From an uncultured Acidobacteriota bacterium (GTDB lineage Bacteria; Acidobacteriota; Terriglobia; UBA7540): a stretch of 64,000 nucleotides of DNA. Shown here piece after piece: positions 52,219-62,146 of the stretch (position 1 is its first letter; each line of letters starts with the position of its first letter). The notes under the pieces are model-generated. The model was not told the origin of the DNA. It searched no databases and saw only the letters and a list, made by a program, of their open reading frames with translations. The DNA lies in assembly GCA_963804995.1 (NCBI GenBank), contig CAWDSK010000003.1, positions 1,696,203 through 1,760,202 of the forward strand, given 5' to 3'. Position numbers and translations under genes: made by a program.

Positions 52219-53055
52219 TTAAAGCCTCCCTGTCATGCCGTGATAGATCATTTCGAAAGCCAGCACGGCGACCACAATGCCGAAAACCACCCGTAGCGAG
52301 GCGGTGCGGGTCCTGGCTAAAACTCGCGCCCCCAGCAACGCGCCCAGCGAAACGCCCAGCATAACGGGCATCGTAAGACCGGGATCGATGTACCCGCGCT
52401 GGAGATAGACCCCTGCGCTGGCGGCGGCCGTGACCCCGATCATGAAGTTGCTGGTGGTGGTGGAAACCTTGAAGGGGATGCGCATCGCCTGGTCCATGGC
52501 GATTACCTTGAGCGCTCCCGAGCCAATACCGAGGAGTCCGGAGAGCCCCCCCGCCACAAACATCAAGCTGAATCCGGCGGGGATGCCGCGCACGTGATAG
52601 CTCTGGATACCCTGGGTGGTGGGATAGGTGGAGCTCATCTTCAGCAGCTCCCCCAAACGGTTTGGGGGACCGTCGGAGCTCATCTTGGGCGCCGGGCGAG
52701 TCGAAGCATAGGCGGAGAAAAGGAGGACGATTCCGAAAATGATACTTATTGTGGAGGTCGGGAGCCGGGTGGCGACGGAAGCTCCCACCACCGCACCCAC
52801 CGTCGTGGCGATTTCCAAAAACATCCCGATGCGGATGTTGGTAAAACCTTCCTTGACATAGGCGGCTGCCGCCCCCGAAGAAGTGGCAATAACCGAAACC
52901 AGGGAGGCGCCGATAGCATAACGGATATCAACTCCAAATAACATCGTGAGAAGTGGCGTAATGACAATGCCGCCCCCAAGTCCGGTCAACGCTCCGAGAA
53001 AGCCGGCCGCTAACGATCCCAACCCGATCAAGAGGGTGTGTTCGAGGATGTTCAT
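52219..53055 (-). CDS. TauE/SafE family protein
   Basis: GALTGLGGG, GLLGIGSG, STTTSNFMIGVTAA. Confidence 0.9.
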   Translation of the reverse strand: MNILEHTLLIGLGSLAAGFLGALTGLGGGIVITPLLTMLFGVDIRYAIGASLVSVIATSSGAAAAYVKEGFTNIRIGMFLEIATTVGAVVGASVATRLPTSTISIIFGIVLLFSAYASTRPAPKMSSDGPPNRLGELLKMSSTYPTTQGIQSYHVRGIPAGFSLMFVAGGLSGLLGIGSGALKVIAMDQAMRIPFKVSTTTSNFMIGVTAAASAGVYLQRGYIDPGLTMPVMLGVSLGALLGARVLARTRTASLRVVFGIVVAVLAFEMIYHGMTGRL

Positions 53056-53076
53056 TCAGTCGATTAACCCGCCATC

Positions 53077-53778
53077 CTATATCCTGGGCGGGACCTTTCC
53101 AGTCCTCAAAATCGCGCTGAGTTCATCCCGTATGGCAACTTGAATCGGGAAAGCCTGCACTTTCGCCACGACAGCGTCGATAGGGTAGGAAAATGACTTT
53201 AGCTCAATTTTGCCGTCTTCCCAAACTGCATAACAAGCCTCGGGCCGTCCATTTTTCGGCTGCCCGAGACTGCCCGGATTGACCACCACGCGGGAGCCGA
53301 TGGAACGCACGAAGGGAAGGTGAGTATGACCGACAAGAATCACATCGGCGTTCACGCTATTGAGCTCGGTAAGCCAACGGGGGGATCCAGCATCGCAATA
53401 ACCATAAAGGGGGTCCGAGGGAACCGCATGGCAAAGATAAAAGCGCGTGTCCCAGCAACGCCTTTCTGCATTCCAAGGCAGATCGCGAAGGAAATGTTTG
53501 TATCCGAAGCCCAACACCGTGTCGGTGAACCCTCGCGTCACCTCCGCCATTTCTCGGAATCGGTCCGAGCAGCGTGGATCCTGATTGAACCCGATCGCGT
53601 AATCATGATTCCCGCAAACGAAAACGGCCGCCTTCGACCTGACAAAGTCAATCACCGCCGCCGGTTCGGGACCGTAATTCACCAAGTCCCCCAAAACCCA
53701 CAATTCATCGTAGGTCTCTTCGATTGACGACAGGGCATCGTAGTTACCGTGAATGTCGGAAACGATCAGAATCCTCAT
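53077..53778 (-). CDS. Metallophosphoesterase (YfcE/calcineurin-like)
   Basis: SDIHGN, GDLVNYG, GNHD, GHTH, NPGSLGQP. Confidence 0.9.
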   Translation of the reverse strand: MRILIVSDIHGNYDALSSIEETYDELWVLGDLVNYGPEPAAVIDFVRSKAAVFVCGNHDYAIGFNQDPRCSDRFREMAEVTRGFTDTVLGFGYKHFLRDLPWNAERRCWDTRFYLCHAVPSDPLYGYCDAGSPRWLTELNSVNADVILVGHTHLPFVRSIGSRVVVNPGSLGQPKNGRPEACYAVWEDGKIELKSFSYPIDAVVAKVQAFPIQVAIRDELSAILRTGKVPPRI

Positions 53779-53916
53779 GCTCCCCATCCGCGAAGGGACA
53801 ACACGATCTCCTCAAAAACCAGCACATGCCGAAATTGGATTCTATTCTGTGGTAACCCCGAAGTACGGAGCGCAACCTGCTATTGGTTTGCTCGGGGCTG
53901 TCTGGCAGTGTGCTTC

Positions 53917-55020
53917 CTACCTTTTCACTCGCGCCTGCAACTGGGCCTTTGCCTCCTGAGCCTTTCCCCGTCGTGCTGATTGCAAACAAGTACGGACTCG
54001 TTCCGCCTGGTCCTGCGCCGCCCGGGCGCGCGCCACCTGCCCAACTTGTTCGAAGCCGGTTCCAGCCTCCTTAAAGCAGATTTGTGCGCTTCGCAAGTAC
54101 TTCTGGGGATTGGGGTCATCGAGCGCCAGGCGGAGAAATGTGCTGCCCCGGTTAAACTGAGTCACCGCGTAATCGCAAGGGAAACTCACCCGGCTACGAA
54201 AGCGGAGAGCGCGGTCAAAATGGCGAAGGGCACGACGCAAGTTTTTGCCCGTCTCCGTGGAGTCTATGGAGGGAATGGAGACGTAGGCGTTGCCCAGGTT
54301 GTTGTGCAACGCAGCGTTCTGAGGCGGGAACCGCGATGGGGTGAAAACCTGAAGAGCCTGCCGGTAGCAAAGGATGGCTTTCCGGACGTTGACAGCCCTG
54401 TCGCCGGAAGACAACTCCCGGTAGGCGGTACCCAGGTTCTCCTGCGTCGCCGCGTAGCGCACAGGATCCCTCTCCTTGGTCCTTATTTGCAGGGCTTTCT
54501 GATAGTGCGACACTGCCTCTTCCCACTTGCTGGGCGACGTTTCCTCCGACAATTCGCAGTAGGAATTTCCAAGGTTGAACTCCTCTCGCGCCCAAGCTTC
54601 CATGTCCCCAACACCAAGGTAGGTTCGCGCCGCATCTTTGAAACAGCTTATGGCCGCCTGCAAGCGCACGGCGAGCGATTCCTGGCTGGAGATCAGCCAG
54701 GTGTTCCCCATCGCGCTGAGGATTTGCGCACGCTCCTTGGGCTGTTCAGATGGGCTCACGAGCGTGAGTGCAGAGCGCAAATAAGTCAGCGCAATCTCCG
54801 CAGACGTTTGCAAGTGAAGACGACAGCCCCCACTGCAACAGACTCCCAGTTGGAAATGAATCGCGTAATTGTTTGGCTCTGCTGCAACTGCCTCCACCAA
54901 AGTCGCAATACATGCTTCGCACTGATGCTCCTGGCATTGCCTACTGGCTCTCAGAAGCCGGGAGTTTTGGCCAACCGGCGTGGGAGGCATCAGAGCCCAT
55001 AGGTCATTCTCCCTTTGCAT
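53917..55020 (-). CDS. TPR-repeat protein
   Basis: Repeats NLGNSY / NLGTAY / NNLGNAY with A..YQKAL. Confidence 0.8.
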   Translation of the reverse strand: MQRENDLWALMPPTPVGQNSRLLRASRQCQEHQCEACIATLVEAVAAEPNNYAIHFQLGVCCSGGCRLHLQTSAEIALTYLRSALTLVSPSEQPKERAQILSAMGNTWLISSQESLAVRLQAAISCFKDAARTYLGVGDMEAWAREEFNLGNSYCELSEETSPSKWEEAVSHYQKALQIRTKERDPVRYAATQENLGTAYRELSSGDRAVNVRKAILCYRQALQVFTPSRFPPQNAALHNNLGNAYVSIPSIDSTETGKNLRRALRHFDRALRFRSRVSFPCDYAVTQFNRGSTFLRLALDDPNPQKYLRSAQICFKEAGTGFEQVGQVARARAAQDQAERVRTCLQSARRGKAQEAKAQLQARVKR

Positions 55021-55250
55021 GGGTTTTCACTCCGTCCCTATCCCTTTGTTTGGATCACCATATCCAGAACGCAGTTTTCAGCTCTCGCTGTCATCTCTTC
55101 CCTTCAGGCATTGGGAAGACCGCCGCCACGAGCCAAGGACTTATCAATCTTCGATCCCATCTTACGTTCATGAAGTCTCGTGCGGGAACATTATACGACC
55201 TGGTCTTTCTCCTACAAGACACGGACTTCCCGTTGCACCCGCGGGACAGA

Positions 55251-57194
55251 CTAGAAATTAGCGAAGAGGCTGCTCTGTACCCGAAATTGGGTTGCAGTTC
55301 CCCGCGGAAGAGGAACATAGAAATGACGAGCTGGATCATTGGGACTGATCTCATCTTGTATATACAGGATGTTTTGCCATTGTAGAAACCTCGCCAGACC
55401 AACGTCAAACCGGAAGGAATGGGTCCGGATGTTGACGCCTGAATTCGTGCCCATTTGGGTGTCTGCGAATGCAGAAACCATGGAATTGGCGTCTTTGACG
55501 CCGTAAAAGTAGAGGAATCTCACATCTCCGGCTTTGGTGATTTGGCCAGCATTGAAAGTCACCATCCAAGCGTTTCGCAGAAAGCTTGTGCCGAAGTTTC
55601 GGCTGGCTTGCAAGTCAAGGAATATGGGGAATTCCTCACCGTGAACCCTCAGGCCTTCCTTGGTCACACGGTAAGCCAAATGGCCGATCTGAAAATGGCC
55701 TGCGGTGTAAATTCCCCCGCCCGGAAGGGTCGTGGCGGTCCCAGTTCCGGTCAGCGGGCCTGCTACAGTGACCCCCAGTTCATTATTGACGATTATGGGA
55801 TAACCGGCGTTGGTTTCCCCAAGAGCGATTTGGTTGGCGTTCCGATATAGTAAGAAATTGCTAAACAGATACTGGGACCATCCAGGTTTGATCCTTCCTA
55901 TCACGAACACCCCTTCGTCAAAGAGGTCTGCCGATCGGACGTTCTCGCCCGGTTTGTATCCAGCCTGAAGGTAAATACAGGCGACCGGGGGATTTGCAGC
56001 CGCACATTGCCTGGCCGTGGGCAACACCTGAATGTTGGGGTTCGTAAGAACATACTGGCCAGCCCTGAAATCAATTCGGGTTATGCCGAGGGAGTTGTCT
56101 CCCGGTGAGGTTCCGACGGATTCTTGGGAGCCGTTGAACCTCACGTTATTACTCCACATGAAGCGAGTGAAATCCTGAAAGACCTCCGGCATCTTCCCTA
56201 CCTGAAAGTTCAGGTTCGAGTTCGGGTGATAGTCTAACCATGCTTCGCTCAAGAAGATGGGCCCTTTGACCGCGCCCCCCCCAAAGTCCGTGCTGTCCGT
56301 CAATGGATTCTCAAAATTCCCCGAGCCAAGTTGAAAATGAACATCTAGTTGCGGATCGATCCCTTTGTCAAAGTTCAGCCGAGCCCGGTAACGGCCCCGC
56401 ATGTCCTGCTGAGTGCCAGCTACAGCATTTGCTGACCGGAAAATCCCATCGGCTCGCACGCGAAAATCTCCACTAAACCTGAAACCCCCAATACCCTTGG
56501 AGATTCCTTCCACCTGCTTGCTGAGGCTTTCTAATCTTGTGGTGTAGGGTTGGGTCTGGTCCGGCGGCGTCTGAGCGGAGCTCTGCGGCGACGAGCGGGG
56601 GGGATTCGCGCCGGCGGCTGGAGCAAGACTGGCCATGGCCGCCGGCTTGTCCGGCTGGAAATTCGCCAGACCGGGCTGGTGCGGGACATCAAGAACTCCG
56701 GGGGCGGCCCCTGGCGGATTTGCGACCGTCTCTGTCGTCCGCACCACAGCCAGCTCCACGTGGGGAGCCGCAGTCTGGGCGTGAGGGGGGGCCACGCTGG
56801 GTTCAGTTGAAACCTCTATTGACCGGTTTAGTGATTTCTTCAACTCATCCAGTGCGACGATGAGCTTGGCGATCTGTTCTTGTTGGAGACCCAGCAACTT
56901 TTCCTGATGCGCGAGTTGTTCCCGTAGTGAAATAATGTCGTCGGCCCTGGCCTCATTCCGTGGAGCCGGCCGGGATGGTTTGGCGCCCAATGAATTCCCA
57001 CGCTTGGGACCAAGCCGCGAACATTTCTTTTTCGCGAGTTCTGAACTCGGAGTTCGCGCCTCGGTCGTGCTGCTGAGGTTAGGATTCGGAGCATTGTCTG
57101 GGGCACAATATAAACACAGACTGCCTGCCAGGACGATGGCGCAGACCAAGCATAAAGACAAACTTATTGGATTCGAACACCGTGATGTTTTCAT
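55251..57194 (-). CDS. Putative porin with N-terminal coiled coil
   Basis: Signal peptide, coiled coil, FSGDFRVR, RYRARL beta-barrel start, C-terminal Phe. Confidence 0.7.
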   Translation of the reverse strand: MKTSRCSNPISLSLCLVCAIVLAGSLCLYCAPDNAPNPNLSSTTEARTPSSELAKKKCSRLGPKRGNSLGAKPSRPAPRNEARADDIISLREQLAHQEKLLGLQQEQIAKLIVALDELKKSLNRSIEVSTEPSVAPPHAQTAAPHVELAVVRTTETVANPPGAAPGVLDVPHQPGLANFQPDKPAAMASLAPAAGANPPRSSPQSSAQTPPDQTQPYTTRLESLSKQVEGISKGIGGFRFSGDFRVRADGIFRSANAVAGTQQDMRGRYRARLNFDKGIDPQLDVHFQLGSGNFENPLTDSTDFGGGAVKGPIFLSEAWLDYHPNSNLNFQVGKMPEVFQDFTRFMWSNNVRFNGSQESVGTSPGDNSLGITRIDFRAGQYVLTNPNIQVLPTARQCAAANPPVACIYLQAGYKPGENVRSADLFDEGVFVIGRIKPGWSQYLFSNFLLYRNANQIALGETNAGYPIIVNNELGVTVAGPLTGTGTATTLPGGGIYTAGHFQIGHLAYRVTKEGLRVHGEEFPIFLDLQASRNFGTSFLRNAWMVTFNAGQITKAGDVRFLYFYGVKDANSMVSAFADTQMGTNSGVNIRTHSFRFDVGLARFLQWQNILYIQDEISPNDPARHFYVPLPRGTATQFRVQSSLFANF

Positions 57195-57825
57195 GTGAAT
57201 TCTCTCTTCAACAATTAACAGCCTGGCTACCTGCCGTTGGCCTGCCGGATGACTTCGCCCGGCCTCGCGGCACTTCGGCTTAGAGTTAGAAGTGTTTCTT
57301 CGGCACAGTTCCCGCTGCGCCTCGTATTTCACTTGGTGCGAGAGAAATCCGATTTTGCAGCGACACGCGAATACCTGCCCCTTCGAGAAGGGGGAGCATA
57401 TTCGTTCATTAAGCTAGTCCGTTGATCTGACGAAAGGGCATTGATTGTCGGCGGCAGGTCACGCATTTTCGACCGATAAATTAAGGGAGTAACTGGAGGC
57501 ACTCTTCCACTGGCACATCCGACGCGGGTGAAAGGCTTCCTTTGGACGCGGCCCGTCGGCGGACCTTTTTCGCCACACCCTGAGACGTTCCGAAACCTTA
57601 ACAAGTATATTAAGCTCTGTTTCTGTATCATTCCTCTGCATATTAGTATGCATCCGCAGCCGATCTCGCAAACCTTCACTTGCAAGAGGCCCTCGCACGA
57701 CGGGGAAAACTATCGCGCCTTGCGGACCGCTCGTCAAGCGGCATTGCGAGGGTTGACAGGAATAATCCAGAATGGTTCGGACATTTAGAGCCGGGCCCCG
57801 ACAAAACTGCCAAACGTCAATATTT

Positions 57826-57891
57826 TGTTCGGACATTAAGGATCAAGGCAGGCAAAAACATCTTGCGTTGACGATTAACGAGATTAACATT
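57826..57891 (+). promoter_or_regulatory. Conserved 66-bp promoter/operator module, copy B (upstream of marR-aprBA)
   Basis: 56/66 identical to 44770-44835; TTGCGT-N16-TAACAT; an extra GGTTCGGACA at 57774-57783. Confidence 0.8.
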
Positions 57892-57936
57892 TGACCCAGT
57901 TAAGCAGTTGGAGCAAGGAGGCTGCTCGGCCAGTGT

Positions 57937-58581
57937 ATGGAAAGCAACAGTGATACCGCGCTCCACGAAGAGGTCACTCCCCAGTTGAACAACGAGTTTC
58001 TGAGTAGTGCACGCGTCTTTGCATGGTCGGTTCGCGAGGTCATTGAGCGGACTGTACTGCGGGAAGTGGCGGGCAAGAATTTCACCTTTTCCCAACTAAA
58101 GCTTCTCTACCTCGTAGCCCATACGGACACCCTCAACATTAGCGACGCAGCGACCTTTCTGGGCGTCAGCCCCGCGGCCGCCAGCAAGACCGTGGACAAG
58201 CTGGTGCGACGCCGGCTGCTGCGTCGCGCCGAAACACAGCAAGACCGGCGCACCAGCCACCTCTCCTTAACCGAAACCAGCCGCAAGCTAATGGACGCTT
58301 ACATCGCTGCCCGGGATGAGAGGGCACGGGCTGTTTTTTCCCAGTTTTCCGCCGACGAATTGCGGCGCACCTCCGAAGTCCTAGACCGCTTGGCGGGGGC
58401 CATCACCAGCAGTGGTGCCGATCCGAACGCGGTATGCATGCAATGCGAGATTTACTTTCGCGATGTATGCCGCTTTCAGAAATACGGTCAGCGGAATTGT
58501 TTTTACCAGCATCATCAGAAGGAAGAGCAAGACCGTGCCAGCACGTGCACGGATGTTGTTAGTGAGCAAAAGGGGGACTAA
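57937..58581 (+). CDS. MarR-family regulator with C-terminal Cx2Cx7Cx9C motif
   Basis: TFSQLKLL, ISDAATFLGVSPAAASKTVDKL, DRR..LSLT wHTH; CMQC..C..C tail; stop overlaps the aprB ATG (TAATG). Confidence 0.88.
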   Translation: MESNSDTALHEEVTPQLNNEFLSSARVFAWSVREVIERTVLREVAGKNFTFSQLKLLYLVAHTDTLNISDAATFLGVSPAAASKTVDKLVRRRLLRRAETQQDRRTSHLSLTETSRKLMDAYIAARDERARAVFSQFSADELRRTSEVLDRLAGAITSSGADPNAVCMQCEIYFRDVCRFQKYGQRNCFYQHHQKEEQDRASTCTDVVSEQKGD

Positions 58582-59021
58582 TGCCGAGTTACGTCAATCC
58601 TGAAAAATGCGATGGCTGCAAGGCCCTGGATAAAACCGCCTGCCAGTACATTTGTCCCAATGACCTGATGGTCTTGGATAAAGACAAGATGAAGGCCTAC
58701 AACCGCGATGTATCGATGTGTTGGGAGTGTTACAACTGCGTCAAGATCTGCCCCACACAGGCTGTTGAAATACGCGGTTATGCCGATTTCGTCCCGCTGG
58801 GGGCTTCCGCTACGCCCATGCGCTCCACGGATTCTATCCTGTGGACGGTGAAGTTTCGTAACGGAACAATCAAACGCTTCAAATTCCCGATCCGCACCAC
58901 TGCCGAAGGTACCGCAGTACCGGACGGCGGCTTTGAGACTAAGGGAGGCTTAGACGCGCCTGATTTATTCACCGAACCGGCGTCGTTGGGTCTGCCCGAA
59001 GTTTTTACCCTGAGACGATAG
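58581..59021 (+). CDS. aprB: Adenylylsulfate reductase beta subunit
   Basis: MPSYVNPEKCDGC, CWECYNCVKICP, RGYADF, KRFKFPIRTT. Confidence 0.97.
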   Translation: MPSYVNPEKCDGCKALDKTACQYICPNDLMVLDKDKMKAYNRDVSMCWECYNCVKICPTQAVEIRGYADFVPLGASATPMRSTDSILWTVKFRNGTIKRFKFPIRTTAEGTAVPDGGFETKGGLDAPDLFTEPASLGLPEVFTLRR

Positions 59022-59037
59022 GAAGGGGAGGAAACCG

Positions 59038-60966
59038 ATGGCCAATTTTGAAACCGTGACAGTAGAAACCGACTTGCTCATTCTAGGCGGCGGCATGGCC
59101 GCCTGCGGAGCGGCGGTGGAAGCTGCCTTTTGGGCCAAGCAGCACGGCTTGAAGGTAGCGCTGGTTGATAAAGCCGCGGTAGACCGATCCGGCGCCGTGG
59201 CGATGGGGCTGTCCGCGATTAACCAGTACGTGGGTCTAAGGGATGGCGCCAATACCGTGAAGGACTATGTAGATTACGTGCGCAGTGATCTGATGGGCAT
59301 CACCCGGGAAGATTTGGTGGCCAACATCGCCCGGCACGTGGACTCCACCGTCCACTTGTTTGAGAAGTGGGGCCTGCCGATCTGGAAGGATGAGAAAGGC
59401 GCCTACGTTCATGAGGGCCGGTGGCAGCTCATGATCAACGGCGAATCCTACAAGGTTGTCGTGGCGGAAGCTGCCAAGAACGCCTTGCTGCAAAGCGGTG
59501 TTGGCCAGATCTTTGAGCGCGTATTCATCGTCGGGCCGCTCATGGATGGCGAGCGCTGTGCTGGGGCGGTGGGGTTCTCGGTCCGCGAGGACAAGTTCTA
59601 CGTGTTCAAAGCCAAGGCTACGTTGGTAGCCATGGGCGGCGCCGTGCACGTCTTCAAACCCCGGAGTTCCGGCGAAGGCATGGGCCGCGCCTGGTACCCA
59701 CCCTGGAACTCGGGCTCCTCGGCCTACTTCACCCTTCGGGCCGGGGCGGAGATGACATGCCAGGAAGTGCGCTTCATTCCGGTCCGTTTCAAGGACGCGT
59801 ACGGTCCGGTGGGTGCTTGGTTCCTGCTCTTCAAATCCCGGGCCACGAACTCTCAGGGGGGCGACTATATGGTGGAGCGCCGGCCGGAGCTGGCCAAGTG
59901 GGGGCCCTATGGCCGCGTCAAGCCCGTTCCCGCCAATCTGCGCAACTACCTCGGCATGCTGGATATTATGGACGGCAAGGGGCCGATCAGTATGCGGACC
60001 GAGGAGGCCCTCCAGAAAATCGCCGACGCCTACAAGGACGATCCTAAAGCCTACAAGAAAAAGATGAAGGATCTCGAATCCGAGGCCTGGGAAGACTTCT
60101 TGGACATGACGATCTCACAAGCAATCCTCTGGGCTTCCACCAACGTTCAGCCCGAGGAGCGAAGTTCGGAGATCGCCGCGGCGGAGCCTTACTTCATCGG
60201 CTCTCACTCCGGAGCGTCCGGCGCCTGGGTGAGTGGTCCGGAAGACTTGCAAACTGATGAAACCCGCACGGACTATTTCTGGGGTTACGCGAACATGTCC
60301 ACCGTGAAGGGCCTGTTTTGTGCCGGTGACGCCTCCGGTGCTTCCAGCCATAAGTTCTCCTCGGGTTCCCACGCCGAGGGGCGCATCGCTGCCAAAGCCG
60401 CCGTCAAGTTCGTGGTGGAAAACAACACCATGCCGGGGGTCGATGCGGCAATGTTGGAAAGCCTGAAAGCTGAAATCCTTCAACCTCTGGATCTTTACGA
60501 AGAGCAGAAGAACGCCACCACCGATCCGGAGATCAACCCGAACTACATCAAGCCCCGCATGTTCATGTTCCGGCTCCAGAAGATCATGGACGAGTACGCG
60601 GGTGGTATCACGGCCCAATTCATCACCAATGGCCCCATGTTGACCAGGGCTTTGGAGTTGTTGGGCATGCTTCGTGAGGACTCCCATAAGCTGGCAGCTT
60701 CGAACTTACATGAACTGATGCGCTGCTGGGAGAACACTCACCGCATGTGGCAGGCGGAAGCGCATGTCCGCACCATGTTGTTCCGTGAGGAGACGCGCTG
60801 GCCCGGGTACTACTTCCGCGCCGACAAGCCTGCGCTCAACGAAGAGAAGTGGCACGTCTTTGCCAATTGCCGGTTCGATCCCCAGAAGGACGCGTGGGAG
60901 ACGCGAACCCGGCCCATGAAGCACGTTTTCCCGCAGCCTCAAGAGCACGAAATGTTGGGCGGTTAG
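59038..60966 (+). CDS. aprA: Adenylylsulfate reductase alpha subunit
   Basis: RSGAVAMGLSAIN, WQLMINGESYK, RFKDAYGPVGAW, HKFSSGSHAEG, REETRWPG. Confidence 0.97.
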   Translation: MANFETVTVETDLLILGGGMAACGAAVEAAFWAKQHGLKVALVDKAAVDRSGAVAMGLSAINQYVGLRDGANTVKDYVDYVRSDLMGITREDLVANIARHVDSTVHLFEKWGLPIWKDEKGAYVHEGRWQLMINGESYKVVVAEAAKNALLQSGVGQIFERVFIVGPLMDGERCAGAVGFSVREDKFYVFKAKATLVAMGGAVHVFKPRSSGEGMGRAWYPPWNSGSSAYFTLRAGAEMTCQEVRFIPVRFKDAYGPVGAWFLLFKSRATNSQGGDYMVERRPELAKWGPYGRVKPVPANLRNYLGMLDIMDGKGPISMRTEEALQKIADAYKDDPKAYKKKMKDLESEAWEDFLDMTISQAILWASTNVQPEERSSEIAAAEPYFIGSHSGASGAWVSGPEDLQTDETRTDYFWGYANMSTVKGLFCAGDASGASSHKFSSGSHAEGRIAAKAAVKFVVENNTMPGVDAAMLESLKAEILQPLDLYEEQKNATTDPEINPNYIKPRMFMFRLQKIMDEYAGGITAQFITNGPMLTRALELLGMLREDSHKLAASNLHELMRCWENTHRMWQAEAHVRTMLFREETRWPGYYFRADKPALNEEKWHVFANCRFDPQKDAWETRTRPMKHVFPQPQEHEMLGG

Positions 60967-60980
60967 GGCCGCGCATTTCG

Positions 60981-61020
60981 AGGGGGGAGATTCCCTTAGA
61001 ACTGTGGGATTCTCCCCCCT
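60981..61020 (+). other. Strong stem-loop between aprA and downstream genes
   Basis: AGGGGGGAGATTCCC-N10-GGGATTCTCCCCCCT, 15-bp stem with one mismatch; no U-tract. Confidence 0.6.
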
Positions 61021-61035
61021 CACCGGTTGAATGTT

Positions 61036-61314
61036 ATGAAACAGGAATGTCCATATTGCCAGGATACGCTGGTTCGTTGGGCCAATCCCCAGGGGAGCAG
61101 TTGGGGCGGAGAATTCCAGTACGTCTGCTTCAACGATGAATGCCCCTATTTCGTGCGGGGTTGGGCTTGGATGCGCGACCACTATGCGGCTTCAGCATCG
61201 TATCGATATCGATTTGACCCTTTGACCGGCGAGAGCGGTCCGCTTCCCGTCTGGTCAAATGATGCACTGAGATCCAGTATCCTGGCGGAAGAAGTGAAGG
61301 CTCCTTATGCCTGA
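61036..61314 (+). CDS. Small Cys-rich (zinc-finger-like) hypothetical protein
   Basis: CPYC...[11 protein letters not shown]; overlaps the next gene. Confidence 0.7.
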   Translation: MKQECPYCQDTLVRWANPQGSSWGGEFQYVCFNDECPYFVRGWAWMRDHYAASASYRYRFDPLTGESGPLPVWSNDALRSSILAEEVKAPYA

Positions 61315-62146
61315 CCCGGTCGTGACTGCGGAAGGGATCCTCAAAGACCAAGCACGGATGACGTTAGATGATCAGTTCACATTCCATTGCGGCCTCAAAC
61401 TGGATTGCTTCACCGAGTGTTGCCGTGATGTTTCCATCGTGCTGACGCCGTATGACATCCTGCGGGTCAAAAGAGCCCTGCGAGTCGACTCCACGGAATT
61501 CCTGGAAAAGCACACGCTCCCCATATTCGGTGCGCAGCAGAAGTTCCCTTTGACCATCCTGAGGATGGACCCTGAAACCAAGAAGTGCCCTTTCGTCACC
61601 GAACAGGGTTGCCAGGTGTACGCGGATCGTCCCTGGGCATGCCGCATGTACCCGTTGGGCGTAGCCAAACCCAAGAATCCGACGCCCGCCGATCAGCCAT
61701 TCTATTTCGTGCTGCATGAGGAGCTATGCCATGGGCACGGCCTAGGACAGACGCACTCGGTGCGCGATTGGATCGCGGAGCAGGGAATTGAAGAATACGA
61801 AATGATGGGGGCATCCTTCCAGGAACTCGTCCTCCACGATTTTTGGAATCACGACGCCCCTCTCACGCCTCAGCAAGCCGAGATGTTCTACATGGCCTGC
61901 TACGATCTGGACCGCTTCCGACGCTTTGTTTTTGAATCGCGATTCCTGGAACTGTTTGAGATTGACGAAGCCAGAGTGGAGGCACTAGGCAGCGATGACG
62001 AGGAACTGCTGGAGTTTGGCTTGCTATGGCTTCGCTTCAGTTTGTTTGGCGAGAAGACCATGAAGATTCGCAAAGAGGTCGTGGAGGCTAGACAGCAGGC
62101 CTCCAGCCAAGGCTCGACGACGCTTGCACCCGGGAGTGCAGTGTGA
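61307..62146 (+). CDS. YkgJ/FliB-family cysteine-cluster protein
   Basis: [22 protein letters not shown]...[16 protein letters not shown]. Confidence 0.85.
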   Translation: MPDPVVTAEGILKDQARMTLDDQFTFHCGLKLDCFTECCRDVSIVLTPYDILRVKRALRVDSTEFLEKHTLPIFGAQQKFPLTILRMDPETKKCPFVTEQGCQVYADRPWACRMYPLGVAKPKNPTPADQPFYFVLHEELCHGHGLGQTHSVRDWIAEQGIEEYEMMGASFQELVLHDFWNHDAPLTPQQAEMFYMACYDLDRFRRFVFESRFLELFEIDEARVEALGSDDEELLEFGLLWLRFSLFGEKTMKIRKEVVEARQQASSQGSTTLAPGSAV

